Positions 29,272-40,544 of a DNA stretch of 64,000 nt are shown here, piece by piece. The position numbers and the translations under genes were made by a program. How positions within the stretch are numbered: the stretch's first letter is position 1; every line of letters begins with the position of its first letter. This stretch comes from Chloroflexus sp. (GTDB lineage: Bacteria; Chloroflexota; Anaerolineae; Anaerolineales; Villigracilaceae): assembly GCA_020723995.1 (NCBI GenBank), contig DYHT01000005.1:3211-67210 (forward strand). The letters are read 5' to 3'. Under the pieces are notes generated by a model. The model was given only the letters and a program-made list of their open reading frames with translations. It did not search any database and was not told the origin of the DNA.

Positions 29272-31704
29272 ATGACCAAATTGGTAACTCTAATTATTGA
29301 CGGCCAACAAACCACCGTCCCCGAAGGGACGCTGATTGTCAACGCCGCCAAGAAAATCGGCATAGACATCCCGCTCTTCTGCTACCACCCCAAGATGGAG
29401 CCGGTCGGCATGTGCCGCCAGTGCCTGGTAGAAGTCGGGCGTCCGGTCGTGGACCGCGCCAGCGGGCAGCCCGTGCTGGACGGCGACAAGCCCAAGATTC
29501 AATTTGGCCCGAAACTCGAAACTGCCTGCACCACACCGGTGTCCGAGGGTATGGTGGTGCTGAGTCAGTCCGAAAAAGCCAAAGCCTCGCAGAAGGAAAT
29601 CCTCGAGTTCCTGCTGACCTCGCATCCGCTGGATTGCCCGGTCTGCGATAAGGGCGGCGAGTGCCCGCTCCAGAACCTGACCTTGACGCACGGCTCGCCG
29701 CAGAGCCGCTTTATCTATGACGAGAAGAGCCGCGCCGAGAAACATGTCCCGCTGGGCGAACTCATCTGGCTGGACCGCGAGCGCTGCATCCAATGCGCCC
29801 GCTGCATCCGCTTCCAGGACGAGATCGCCGGTGAGCCGGTGCTGGCTTTCTATAATCGCGGGCGCGCTACCGACATCATCACCAATTCCGAACCCGGCTT
29901 CGACTCGGTCTTCTCCGGCAACACGACCGATATCTGCCCGGTCGGCGCGCTGACCACCGCGGATTTCCGCTTCGGGGCGCGCCCGTGGGAGATGAAGGCG
30001 GCCACGTCCATCTGCGCCCAGTGCGCGGTGGGCTGCAACATCACCTTCAACACCCGCCGCGAGGCCAAGTCCGGCGGCAAGGTCGCCATCAAGCGCGTCA
30101 TGCCGCGCCAGAACGAAGCCGTCAACGAAATTTGGATTTGCGACAAAGGCCGCTTTGCCTATCACTTTGCCGAGAACAATGAACGGTTGGAAAAGCCGCT
30201 GGTTCGCAGGGATGGAGAACTGGTGAAGGCTTCCTGGGAAGAGACGCTCAAAGTAGCGGCCAGCAAGCTGGCCGAATCCAGGGAGAAGATGTTCGTCCTC
30301 GCCAGTGGACGGCTCTCCAATGAGGATTTATTCAACCTGAAACAACTCGCTTATAATCTTGGCGGCGAGGCGCTGCTCTATACTCACATGGGCGGGGGCG
30401 AACTGACCGCCTCGCTCGGTGTGGCAAGCGGCACGAACTTTGGTGAGATGGGGGCTGGGACGACAATTTTGGTTGTGGCTTCGGACTTGTATAACGAGGC
30501 CCCGCTCTGGTACCTGCGCCTCAAGCAGGCCGCCGAGCGCGATGCGACGCTGATTGTGGTCAATGCGCGTGAGACGAAACTGGAACGATATTCGAGATTC
30601 GTGATTCGATATTCGTATGGCGATGAGGTCGAGACTGTCAGTGAATTGACGAAGAAAGCCAATATCGGCGAAGCGATTAGCGGTGCTGAAAATCTGGTTA
30701 TCTTGTATGGCTCAGATGGCTTGGGGCTGGATGGTTCGTCCGCGCTGGCGGCGGCTTGTGCGAAACTCGTCAAGTCACGCGCTGGCAAGGCGAACAATGG
30801 TTTGATCGGTGTCTGGCCGAGGGCCAACGACCAGGGCGCATGGGAACTTGGTTTCAAGGCTGAAGCCAATCTCGCCAAAGCCCTGAAAGGCAAGACTGTT
30901 TATATCGCCGTGGCTGACCCGGCCGGCGATGACCCGGCGCTGGCAACTGCACTGAAAGAAGCCAAATTTGTTATCGTGCAGGAACTCTTCCTGACCGAAA
31001 CCGCAAAACTGGCGGATGTCGTCCTCCCGGCGCAGGCGTACACCGAGCGCGAAGGGACTTTTACGTCGGGTGAACGCCGCGTCCAGCGCTTCTATCCGGC
31101 GGCGCTGCCGCGAGGCGAAACAAAGGCCGATTTTGCCATTACCGCCGAGATTGCCAAAGAACTCGGCCTCGAACTCGAAGGCCGCTCGGCGGCGCGGGTG
31201 ATGGATAAGATGGCCGCAGCCGTGAATTCCTTTGCGGGCATCACTTACGGCAAGCTGGCCGAAGTGAGTGAGCAGTGGCCCATTGTCGGGCGCGGCGATT
31301 TGTATTATGGCGGCGCGGCTTATGAGAATAAGCAGGGGCTGGGTGTGCAGTTGGACCTCACCCCCGGCGACCTCACCCCCGCCCCCTCTTCTATAAGGAG
31401 AGGGGAGTCGCTCCGCCCGGACGAAGACCGCTGGCTGGCCGTGCCAATCACGCGGCTGTACGATTTGGACGTTACGGTCAGAACATCCGAATTGCTCCGT
31501 CAGCGTATCGGCGCGGCGGCGGTGCTTTTGCATCCCGACGCGGCGAAAACGCTCGGCGTGGCGGCGGGCGGACGGGTCGAAATCAACGGTAGCAGGCTCG
31601 AGGTCCGGCTGGATGCGGGCGTGCCAGTCCGGGTGGCATTGGTGCCGCGCAGTATGGGCGTCTCCATCCACGCGCCGGTCATCGCAAAGTTGAAGAAAGC
31701 GTAA
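29272..31704 (+). CDS. nuoG: NADH-quinone oxidoreductase subunit G
   Basis: 810 aa with an N-terminal 2Fe-2S pattern (CYHPKMEPVGMCRQC), HPLDCPVCDKGGEC and CIQCARC motifs, and a molybdopterin-like C-terminal domain. Confidence 0.93.
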   Translation: MTKLVTLIIDGQQTTVPEGTLIVNAAKKIGIDIPLFCYHPKMEPVGMCRQCLVEVGRPVVDRASGQPVLDGDKPKIQFGPKLETACTTPVSEGMVVLSQSEKAKASQKEILEFLLTSHPLDCPVCDKGGECPLQNLTLTHGSPQSRFIYDEKSRAEKHVPLGELIWLDRERCIQCARCIRFQDEIAGEPVLAFYNRGRATDIITNSEPGFDSVFSGNTTDICPVGALTTADFRFGARPWEMKAATSICAQCAVGCNITFNTRREAKSGGKVAIKRVMPRQNEAVNEIWICDKGRFAYHFAENNERLEKPLVRRDGELVKASWEETLKVAASKLAESREKMFVLASGRLSNEDLFNLKQLAYNLGGEALLYTHMGGGELTASLGVASGTNFGEMGAGTTILVVASDLYNEAPLWYLRLKQAAERDATLIVVNARETKLERYSRFVIRYSYGDEVETVSELTKKANIGEAISGAENLVILYGSDGLGLDGSSALAAACAKLVKSRAGKANNGLIGVWPRANDQGAWELGFKAEANLAKALKGKTVYIAVADPAGDDPALATALKEAKFVIVQELFLTETAKLADVVLPAQAYTEREGTFTSGERRVQRFYPAALPRGETKADFAITAEIAKELGLELEGRSAARVMDKMAAAVNSFAGITYGKLAEVSEQWPIVGRGDLYYGGAAYENKQGLGVQLDLTPGDLTPAPSSIRRGESLRPDEDRWLAVPITRLYDLDVTVRTSELLRQRIGAAAVLLHPDAAKTLGVAAGGRVEINGSRLEVRLDAGVPVRVALVPRSMGVSIHAPVIAKLKKA
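31356..31405 (+). repeat. CCTCACCCCC x2 plus hairpin CCCCTCT..AGAGGGG, in frame inside nuoG
   Basis: It is the same sequence family as the intergenic elements at 38812-38857 and 59968-59991. It encodes LTPGDLTPAPSSIRRGES. Confidence 0.65.
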
Positions 31705-31716
31705 GGAAGGTTGTCC

Positions 31717-32829
31717 ATGACGTTTGCTCTGATCATCGAGTGGCTGATCAAAGGTTTTGTGCTGGTGCTGGTGCTGTTGGGCGGATTCGCCTACCTGACG
31801 CTCTACGAGCGCAAGGCGCTGGCGCGCATCCAGTCGCGCATCGGCCCCAACCGCGCCGGCCCATGGGGGATTTTGCAGCCCATCGCGGATGCCATCAAGT
31901 TGATTTTCAAAGAGGAACTGATACCGGCGCGAGCGGATAAACTGCTGTTCATCCTGGCGCCGGTCGTGACGCTCGTCCCGGCGCTGGTGATTACGGCGGT
32001 GGTGCCGTGGGGCACGGAGGTAATGATGTTCGGGCGCAAAGTCACGCTCTATATCGCCGACATCAACGTGGGCGTGCTGTACATCATGTCGGTGGCCTCG
32101 ATTGCGGTTTACGGCGTGGTGCTGGCCGGCTGGTCGTCGAACAACAAATACGCCATGATGGGCGGCCTGCGCTCCTCGGCGCAGATGATCAGTTACGAGA
32201 TTGCGCTCGGCTTGTCGTTCATCGCCGCGATTATGCTGGCCGGTTCGATGCGCATGTTGGACATCGTGGAGGCACAGAGAAATCTCTGGTTTGTGCTGCT
32301 CCAGCCGGTCGGGACGGCCATCTTTTTGATTGCCACGCTGGCAGAAGTCAATCGTCCGCCGTTCGACATGCCCGAGGCCGAACAGGAACTGACCGCCGGT
32401 TATCACACCGAATACTCCGGCATGAAGTTCGCCCTGCTGTTCATGGCCGAATACGACAAGATGATTGCCATCTCTGCCATCGGGGCGACGCTGTTCTTCG
32501 GCGGTTTCCGCGGCCCTTTCGTGGATATGTATCCGTGGCTCGGACCGGTTTACATGCTCCTGAAACTGGTCATTTTGCTCTTCGGGATGATCTGGGTGCG
32601 GGCCACCTGGCCGCGCATCCGTTATGACCGGCTGATGGCCTTCGGCTGGAAGGTGATGCTCCCGCTGGCGCTGGCAATCGTGTTCGTTACCGCCGCCGGC
32701 ATCATCCTGGCCGAGCAGGTCAATCCGCTGTTTTTGTGGAGTATTCCGATCGTCTCTTTACTGGCAGGTTTTACGGCAATTATGATGCTGTACCGCACGT
32801 TGAGGAGAAAAGAATATGCGCGTGCTTGA
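31717..32829 (+). CDS. nuoH: NADH-quinone oxidoreductase subunit H
   Basis: Polytopic, with LYERKALARIQSRIGPNR and VNRPPFDMPEAEQEL motifs. The ATG lies 7 nt after AAGGAAGG. The ORF track starts at TTG 31711. Confidence 0.95.
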   Translation: MTFALIIEWLIKGFVLVLVLLGGFAYLTLYERKALARIQSRIGPNRAGPWGILQPIADAIKLIFKEELIPARADKLLFILAPVVTLVPALVITAVVPWGTEVMMFGRKVTLYIADINVGVLYIMSVASIAVYGVVLAGWSSNNKYAMMGGLRSSAQMISYEIALGLSFIAAIMLAGSMRMLDIVEAQRNLWFVLLQPVGTAIFLIATLAEVNRPPFDMPEAEQELTAGYHTEYSGMKFALLFMAEYDKMIAISAIGATLFFGGFRGPFVDMYPWLGPVYMLLKLVILLFGMIWVRATWPRIRYDRLMAFGWKVMLPLALAIVFVTAAGIILAEQVNPLFLWSIPIVSLLAGFTAIMMLYRTLRRKEYARA

Positions 32830-33334
32830 ACCTCTCATCGAACTGGGGCGCGGCCTGTGGACGACGCTGCGTTCGATGTTCGAAAAGCCGGTCACGACTC
32901 AGTATCCGGAGCAGAAACGTCCGGTCAAGCCGCGCTTCCGCGGACGGCACGTACTGAAGCGTTACGAGAACGGCCTGGAGAAGTGCATCGGCTGCGCGCT
33001 GTGCGCGGCGGCCTGCCCGGCGGATGCCATTTTCGTGGAGGCGGCGGAGAACACCGACGCAATCCGCTACTCGCCCGGCGAACGTTACGCCAGCACGTAT
33101 GAAATCAACCTGCTGCGCTGCATCTATTGTGGCTTCTGCGAGGACGCCTGCCCGACCGAAGCGATTGTGCTCGGCGACCAGTACGAACTCTCGTTCACCG
33201 ACCGGCGGCAGGCGATTTACCCGAAAGAGATGCTGATTGAACCGGTGGCCGCAGGCGCAAGCCCCACGCCGCAGAAGACAAAGCCCGGTGAGTTTACCCG
33301 CTCGGTGCCGGAGATGCAGGATCCGAAAGATTAG
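32816..33334 (+). CDS. nuoI: NADH-quinone oxidoreductase subunit I
   Basis: It has two 4Fe-4S ferredoxin motifs (CIGCALCAAACP and CIYCGFCEDACP). Confidence 0.95.
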   Translation: MRVLEPLIELGRGLWTTLRSMFEKPVTTQYPEQKRPVKPRFRGRHVLKRYENGLEKCIGCALCAAACPADAIFVEAAENTDAIRYSPGERYASTYEINLLRCIYCGFCEDACPTEAIVLGDQYELSFTDRRQAIYPKEMLIEPVAAGASPTPQKTKPGEFTRSVPEMQDPKD

Positions 33335-33406
33335 GTAAAAAGGTAAACAAGTAGACAAGGAAACACGACCAACTGTCTACCTGTGTACTTGTTTACTTGT
33401 ATACTT
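33335..33406 (+). repeat. Inverted blocks of tandem 8-mers (GGTAAACA-type x4 / TGTTTACT-type x4)
   Basis: Read directly. It fills the nuoI-nuoJ spacer. Confidence 0.8.
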
Positions 33407-33419
33407 CCCAAAGGTGCTC

Positions 33420-33941
33420 ATGGACTTTACACTCATACTTTTCATCGTTCTGGCTGCCGTCGCCGTGCTGACTGCAATCGGGATGCTGGTCAGCCGCAAC
33501 GCGGTCTACGCGGCGCTGTTCCTGGTGCTGAACTTCGCTACGGTGGCTATTTTCTATCTCATGCTGGGCGCGCCGTTCATCGCCATGGCGCAGGTCACGG
33601 TCTACGCCGGAGCCATCATGGTGCTGTTCCTGTTCGTCATCATGCTGCTCGGCGCGGAGAAACTGCCGAAAGGCGGGGTGCTACCCTGGCAAAGGCCGCT
33701 GGCGATTGGGCTGGCGGCTGTCCTGCTGGCCGAGGCAGGTTATCTGCTCTTCCAGCGGATTCAAATGACGACCGAGCTCGCCGGCCCAGGCCTGGAAGTC
33801 AACTCGGTCGAGGCGGTGCGCACCCTGGGCCTGGCGCTGTTCAACCAGTATCTCCTGCCGTTCGAGGTGACCTCGGTGCTGCTGCTGGTGGCGATGATTG
33901 GCGCAATCGTGCTGACCAAAAAAGAGAAAGGGGAGGCGTGA
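33420..33941 (+). CDS. nuoJ: NADH-quinone oxidoreductase subunit J
   Basis: Hydrophobic ~173 aa protein in the conserved operon position. The ORF track starts at GTG 33414; the ATG at 33420 is equally possible. Confidence 0.85.
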   Translation: MDFTLILFIVLAAVAVLTAIGMLVSRNAVYAALFLVLNFATVAIFYLMLGAPFIAMAQVTVYAGAIMVLFLFVIMLLGAEKLPKGGVLPWQRPLAIGLAAVLLAEAGYLLFQRIQMTTELAGPGLEVNSVEAVRTLGLALFNQYLLPFEVTSVLLLVAMIGAIVLTKKEKGEA

Positions 33942-33991
33942 TGAGTGATGCGTGAAGCGTAATTCGCAACCCGCAACTCGTAACCCGCGCC
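33936..33991 (+). repeat. Tandem heptamers GCGTGAT GAGTGAT GCGTGAA GCGTAAT TCGCAAC CCGCAAC TCGTAAC
   Basis: Read directly in the nuoJ-nuoK spacer. Confidence 0.75.
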
Positions 33992-34012
33992 CCATACAAT
34001 ACGGAGATTTTC

Positions 34013-34315
34013 ATGCTCCCTCTTACATACTATCTCGTTATTTCAGCCATTTTATTTGTGCTTGGCGCGCTGGGCGTGCTGATAAGGCGCAACCCGCTGA
34101 TTATCTTCATGTCGGTCGAGCTAATGCTGAACGCGGCCAACCTGGCATTCGTGGCTTTTGCCCGCTCCTTCGACGTGCTGACCGGCCAGATTTTCGTTTT
34201 CTTCGTCATCGCGGTGGCGGCGGCGGAAGTGGCGGTCGGCCTGGCGCTGATTGTGGTCATCTTCCGCACCAAGCATTCGATTGACGTTGACCTGATGAGC
34301 AGTCTAAAAGGATAG
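34013..34315 (+). CDS. nuoK: NADH-quinone oxidoreductase subunit K
   Basis: 100 aa with three TM segments and the motif [14 protein letters not shown]. Confidence 0.93.
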   Translation: MLPLTYYLVISAILFVLGALGVLIRRNPLIIFMSVELMLNAANLAFVAFARSFDVLTGQIFVFFVIAVAAAEVAVGLALIVVIFRTKHSIDVDLMSSLKG

Positions 34316-34320
34316 AGAAC

Positions 34321-34450
34321 AGAGAATAGAGAACAGAGAACAGAGAATAGAGAATAGAGAATAGAGAATAGAGAATAGAGATAGAGAATAGTGAATAGTG
34401 AGTCAGTTCGGACTAATCTCTAATCTCCAATCTCTACTCTCTAACACGGA
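34321..34450 (+). repeat. About 13 tandem heptamers (A[T/C]AGAGA), a loop, then about 4 inverted heptamers (TAATCTC)
   Basis: Read directly. It fills the nuoK-nuoL spacer. Confidence 0.9.
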
Positions 34451-34457
34451 GTAACTT

Positions 34458-36659
<2,202 letters not shown>

Positions 36660-36662
36660 CAG

Positions 36663-36702
36663 GTTGGCAGGTTTGAAAGTTAGAACGTTCTAACCTGCCA
36701 AC
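36663..36702 (+). repeat. Compound hairpin GTTGGCAGG...CCTGCCAAC enclosing palindrome GTTAGAACGTTCTAAC
   Basis: Read directly, immediately after the nuoL stop. Confidence 0.75.
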
Positions 36703-36708
36703 GTGGAA

Positions 36709-37020
36709 ATGCCTTTTATGGACATACGCCCTATTCGGAAAGCCATTCGTCAAGGACAGGTCTTCTTCACCGACCATGCGGTGCGGCAGATGGCAAAACG
36801 TCGCATGGATGATGTTGAAGTCTGCGAAGCCATACTGCTCGGTGAAATTATCGAAGAGTATCCCGAAGACAAATATAGCCCGTCATGCCTGGTCTATGGG
36901 CAAACATCGAAAGGTCGTCATTTGCATGTCGTGTGTTCATCGCCGCCACGCGTTAGAATCATTACCGTTTACGAACCTGAGCCGCGCGAGTGGATTGATT
37001 ATCGAAGGAGAAAATCATGA
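36709..37020 (+). CDS. DUF4258-domain protein (predicted toxin)
   Basis: The ~100-aa ORF has FTDHAVRQMAKRRMDDVEV..GRHLHVVC..IITVYEP, typical of DUF4258. It shows a 4-nt ATGA overlap with the next ORF. Confidence 0.75.
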   Translation: MPFMDIRPIRKAIRQGQVFFTDHAVRQMAKRRMDDVEVCEAILLGEIIEEYPEDKYSPSCLVYGQTSKGRHLHVVCSSPPRVRIITVYEPEPREWIDYRRRKS

Positions 37021-37250
37021 AACACTGTCATTTTTGTGGTGGTGAATTGGCCGAGCAGTTGACGACCTTCCTGCACGAGGATGAAGGGCAGGTGTGGGTT
37101 GTCCGCAACGTCCCGGCCTTCGTGTGTACTCAATGCGGCGAGAAAGAATACTCGCAGGCGACGACGCACCAGATTTTGTCGTTCCTGCGTCAGCCGCCCC
37201 GCCCGGCAGAGATTCTGCACGTCCCTGCCTATGACTTAGCGGCTGCATGA
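37017..37250 (+). CDS. YgiT-type zinc-finger protein (MqsA-family antitoxin-like)
   Basis: It has CHFCGG...VRNVPAFVCTQCGEKEYS, the YgiT-type zinc-finger pattern. Confidence 0.75.
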   Translation: MKHCHFCGGELAEQLTTFLHEDEGQVWVVRNVPAFVCTQCGEKEYSQATTHQILSFLRQPPRPAEILHVPAYDLAAA

Positions 37251-37287
37251 TGAAAAATTTACTGAATATGATTGCCGAGGAAATGCT

Positions 37288-38805
37288 ATGGAATTCTTAA
37301 CCAATCCCTTGAACCTGGTCACCCTCTTCCCCCTCGTCGGCGTGCTGATTTTGCTCTTCATGCCCTCCGAGAAGAAGAACCTGCTGCGCTGGACGGCTCT
37401 CGCCGCCTCGCTGGTGACCTTTGGCCTGTCCATCTGGATGCTGACACTGTTCCGGCAGGCGGAAGCCGCCGACGCTGGCGCGCTCCACCTGACGATTAGC
37501 CTGCCGTGGATCCAGGTCGCGGGCTGGAAAATCAACTACGCCATGGGCGTGGACGGCCTGTCCATTCTGCTCGTCCTGCTGACGGCATTCCTCACACCGA
37601 TTTCCATCCTGTCCACCTGGACGGCGGTCGAGGAGCGCGTCAAAGATTTCATGCTCTTCTTCCTGCTGCTCGAAGTGGGCATGACGGGCGTGTTCCTCGC
37701 GCAGGATTTGTTCCTGTTCTACATCTTCTGGGAATTCACCCTCGTTCCGATGTACTTTCTGATCGGCATCTGGGGCGGGCCGCGCCGCATCTACGCCGCC
37801 ATCAAGTTCTTCCTGTACACCATGGCCGGTTCGATCCTGATGCTGCTTGCCATCCTGTGGCTGGGGATTTATCAGGATACGTTCAGCGTGCTGGAACTGA
37901 TAACGAAGACTGGCATTCCGGCCGATATCCAACTCTGGCTGTTCCTAGCCTTCGCGGCCGCGTTTGCCATCAAAGTGCCGATGTGGCCGCTGCACTCCTG
38001 GCTGCCGGATGCGCATGTCGAGGCCCCCACGGCCGGTTCGGTCATCCTGGCGGGCGTCCTGCTAAAAATGGGTACCTACGGCTTCCTGCGCTTCAACCTG
38101 CCGATGTTCCCGCAGGCGGCGATCCAGGCCGCCCCGTGGATGGCGTTACTGGCGGTCATCGGCATCATCTACGGCGCGGCGGTCTCCTACGCCCAGAAGG
38201 ATGTCAAGAAACTGGTTGCCTATTCCTCGGTCAGCCACTTGGGTTTCGTCATGCTCGGCCTGTTCGCTCTCAATCCACTGGGCATCCAGGGCGGCATTTT
38301 ACAGATGATCAACCATGGCCTGAGCACCGGCGCGTTGTTCCTGCTCGTCGGCATGATTTACGAGCAGACGCACACGCGCGAGATTGCCGTCTATGGCGGG
38401 CTGTGGAAAATCACCCCGATTTTTGGCACGATCATGCTGATTGTGGCCCTATCCTCGATGGGCCTGCCCGGCCTGAACGGCTTCGTCGGCGAATTCGTCA
38501 TCCTGCTCGGCGCGTTCGGCTCGCAGGCCATCGCCTCGCCCTGGTACGCCGGTATCGCTGCGGCCGGCGTCATCATGGCCGCCATCTATATCCTGAACAT
38601 GTTCCAGAAAATGTTCCTCGGTCCCGAAGGCTCGATTGTCGCGGAAGTCAAGAAGCACGGACACGCCCTGCGCGACCTGAACTGGCGCGAAATCGCCACC
38701 CTCGTCCCGATTCTGGTCTTCATCTTCTGGATTGGCCTCTACCCCAAGCCGTTCTTCGATTTGATAGCTCCGGCGGTGGAGAAGTTGATGATGGTGTTGC
38801 ACTAA
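37288..38805 (+). CDS. nuoM: NADH-quinone oxidoreductase subunit M
   Basis: 505-aa antiporter-like subunit (WLPDAHVEAPTAGSVILAGVLLKMG). Confidence 0.95.
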   Translation: MEFLTNPLNLVTLFPLVGVLILLFMPSEKKNLLRWTALAASLVTFGLSIWMLTLFRQAEAADAGALHLTISLPWIQVAGWKINYAMGVDGLSILLVLLTAFLTPISILSTWTAVEERVKDFMLFFLLLEVGMTGVFLAQDLFLFYIFWEFTLVPMYFLIGIWGGPRRIYAAIKFFLYTMAGSILMLLAILWLGIYQDTFSVLELITKTGIPADIQLWLFLAFAAAFAIKVPMWPLHSWLPDAHVEAPTAGSVILAGVLLKMGTYGFLRFNLPMFPQAAIQAAPWMALLAVIGIIYGAAVSYAQKDVKKLVAYSSVSHLGFVMLGLFALNPLGIQGGILQMINHGLSTGALFLLVGMIYEQTHTREIAVYGGLWKITPIFGTIMLIVALSSMGLPGLNGFVGEFVILLGAFGSQAIASPWYAGIAAAGVIMAAIYILNMFQKMFLGPEGSIVAEVKKHGHALRDLNWREIATLVPILVFIFWIGLYPKPFFDLIAPAVEKLMMVLH

Positions 38806-38811
38806 AATCCC

Positions 38812-38857
38812 CCCTCACCCCAACCCCTCCCCCGCCGGGAGAGGGGCAGGGTGAGGG
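38812..38857 (+). repeat. Nested hairpin CCCTCACCC..CCCCTC..GGAGAGGGG..GGGTGAGGG
   Basis: Read directly in the nuoM-nuoN spacer. Confidence 0.75.
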
Positions 38858-38869
38858 AACGGAGTTTTT

Positions 38870-40315
38870 ATGACGCAATCCGACCTCTATACAATCCTTC
38901 CAAACATCACGCTCGTCGTCTGGGCCTGCGCGCTTCTTCTGGTTGATTTATTCATCCCGAAGACGCGCAAAGGCTGGACGGCGCTGCTGGCCGCCTTCGG
39001 GCTGGCCCTCTCGCTGGGACTGACCCTCGCCCAGGCCGGCCGCGAAATGTCCGCCTTCAACGGCATGGTCACGCTGGACGGTTTCTCGACCTTCCTGAAC
39101 GTCCTCTTTCTGGGGACCAGTCTGCTCGGCATCGCCATCGCCTACGGCTACCTCAAGCGCATGGGCCTCGAGCGCGGCGAGTATTACACGCTGATGCTCT
39201 TCAGCATCTCCGGCATGATGCTGATGGCGCAGGCCGCCGATTTGATTGTCATCTTCCTCGCCCTCGAATTGCTCTCCATCCCGCTCTACGTGCTGGCAGC
39301 CTTCGCCCGTCCGCGCGCCGACTCGGAAGAGGCGGGCCTCAAGTATTTCCTGCTCGGCGCCTTCGCCACCGGCTTTGTCGTCTACGGCATTGCCCTGGTC
39401 TTCGGCGCGACCGGCGCCACCGCCCTGAGCGGGATTGCCGCTGCGGTGGCGGCCGGCACCTTCACGAAATACCTGCTGCTCATCGGCGCGGCGCTGATTT
39501 TGGTCGGTTTCAGTTTCAAGGTCGCGGCCGTCCCCTTCCACATGTGGACGCCGGATGTCTACCAGGGTGCGCCCACGCCGGTGACCGGCTTCATGGCGGT
39601 CGGCGCGAAAGCGGCCGGATTTGCCGCGCTGCTGCGTGTCTTCGTCACCGCCTTCCCGTCCCTGTACGTGGACCTGGTGCCTGTTCTCTGGGCGCTGGCC
39701 GCGCTGACCATGCTCATCGGCAACCTGGTCGCCATCTCGCAGACGAATATCAAGCGCATGTTGGCCTATTCCAGCATCGCTCACGCCGGATACATCCTGA
39801 TGGCCTTCGTCCCGTACGGCCAGCCGCAGGTCGTGCCGGATGCGGTCGCTTCGGCGCTATTCTACCTGGTGACCTACGCCATCACCTCTTTCGGCGCCTG
39901 GTCGATGGTCATCGCGTTGGAAAAATCTGATGCGAAGGGATTGGAAATCAGCGATTACGCCGGTCTCGGACGGCGCAAACCAGCCCTGGCGGCCGCCATG
40001 ACGATTTTCATGCTCTCGCTGACCGGCATGCCGCCCACGCTCGGTCTGGTCGGCAAGTTCTACCTGTTCCGCACGGTCATCGCAGGCGGTTTCATCGGAC
40101 TGGCAATCGTCGGCGTGCTGACCTCGCTCATCTCCGCATACTACTACCTGCGGGTGGTGGTGGTCATGTACATGCGCGAGGGTGAACCGCAGACCGAATC
40201 CGAACCCTGGCTCGACCTGACCACGGCCACGGCGGCGGTGGCAACCGTGGTGCTCAGCTTCCTACCGGCGGCGCTGTTCGCACTGGCCAGCGGGGCGGTG
40301 GTGAAGTTATTCTAA
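38870..40315 (+). CDS. nuoN: NADH-quinone oxidoreductase subunit N
   Basis: 481-aa antiporter-like subunit (FHMWTPDVYQGAPTPVT). It is the last gene of the cluster. Confidence 0.93.
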   Translation: MTQSDLYTILPNITLVVWACALLLVDLFIPKTRKGWTALLAAFGLALSLGLTLAQAGREMSAFNGMVTLDGFSTFLNVLFLGTSLLGIAIAYGYLKRMGLERGEYYTLMLFSISGMMLMAQAADLIVIFLALELLSIPLYVLAAFARPRADSEEAGLKYFLLGAFATGFVVYGIALVFGATGATALSGIAAAVAAGTFTKYLLLIGAALILVGFSFKVAAVPFHMWTPDVYQGAPTPVTGFMAVGAKAAGFAALLRVFVTAFPSLYVDLVPVLWALAALTMLIGNLVAISQTNIKRMLAYSSIAHAGYILMAFVPYGQPQVVPDAVASALFYLVTYAITSFGAWSMVIALEKSDAKGLEISDYAGLGRRKPALAAAMTIFMLSLTGMPPTLGLVGKFYLFRTVIAGGFIGLAIVGVLTSLISAYYYLRVVVVMYMREGEPQTESEPWLDLTTATAAVATVVLSFLPAALFALASGAVVKLF

Positions 40316-40333
40316 CCCGCGTGTCATTGCGAG

Positions 40334-40544
40334 CAGACCCTAAAGGTCTCTTTGCCTGACTCGCGCCCTGTTTGCAGGCCTCTCTTGCCCGTTGTGGCGA
40401 TGATTCACGCACAAGACCTTTAGGGTCTCGTGCAAAGTCAGACCCTAAAGGTCTCTTTGCCTGACTCGCGCCCTGTTTGCAGGCCTCTCTTGCCCGTTGT
40501 GGCGATGATTCACGCACAAGACCTTTAGGGTCTCGTGCAAAGTC
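40334..40544 (+). repeat. Two tandem copies of a 105-bp unit, each bounded by inverted repeats AGACCCTAAAGGTCT / AGACCTTTAGGGTCT
   Basis: Unit 2 starts at 40439 and reads identical to unit 1. A partial copy (AGACCCTAAAGGTTTCCTTTGC) lies near 48937. Confidence 0.9.

Noticed and set aside
34321-34450. Possible CRISPR array, given a very regular repeat pattern.
   Set aside because: The period is only 7 nt with no unique spacers. The second half is the reverse complement of the first. No cas genes are present in the window.
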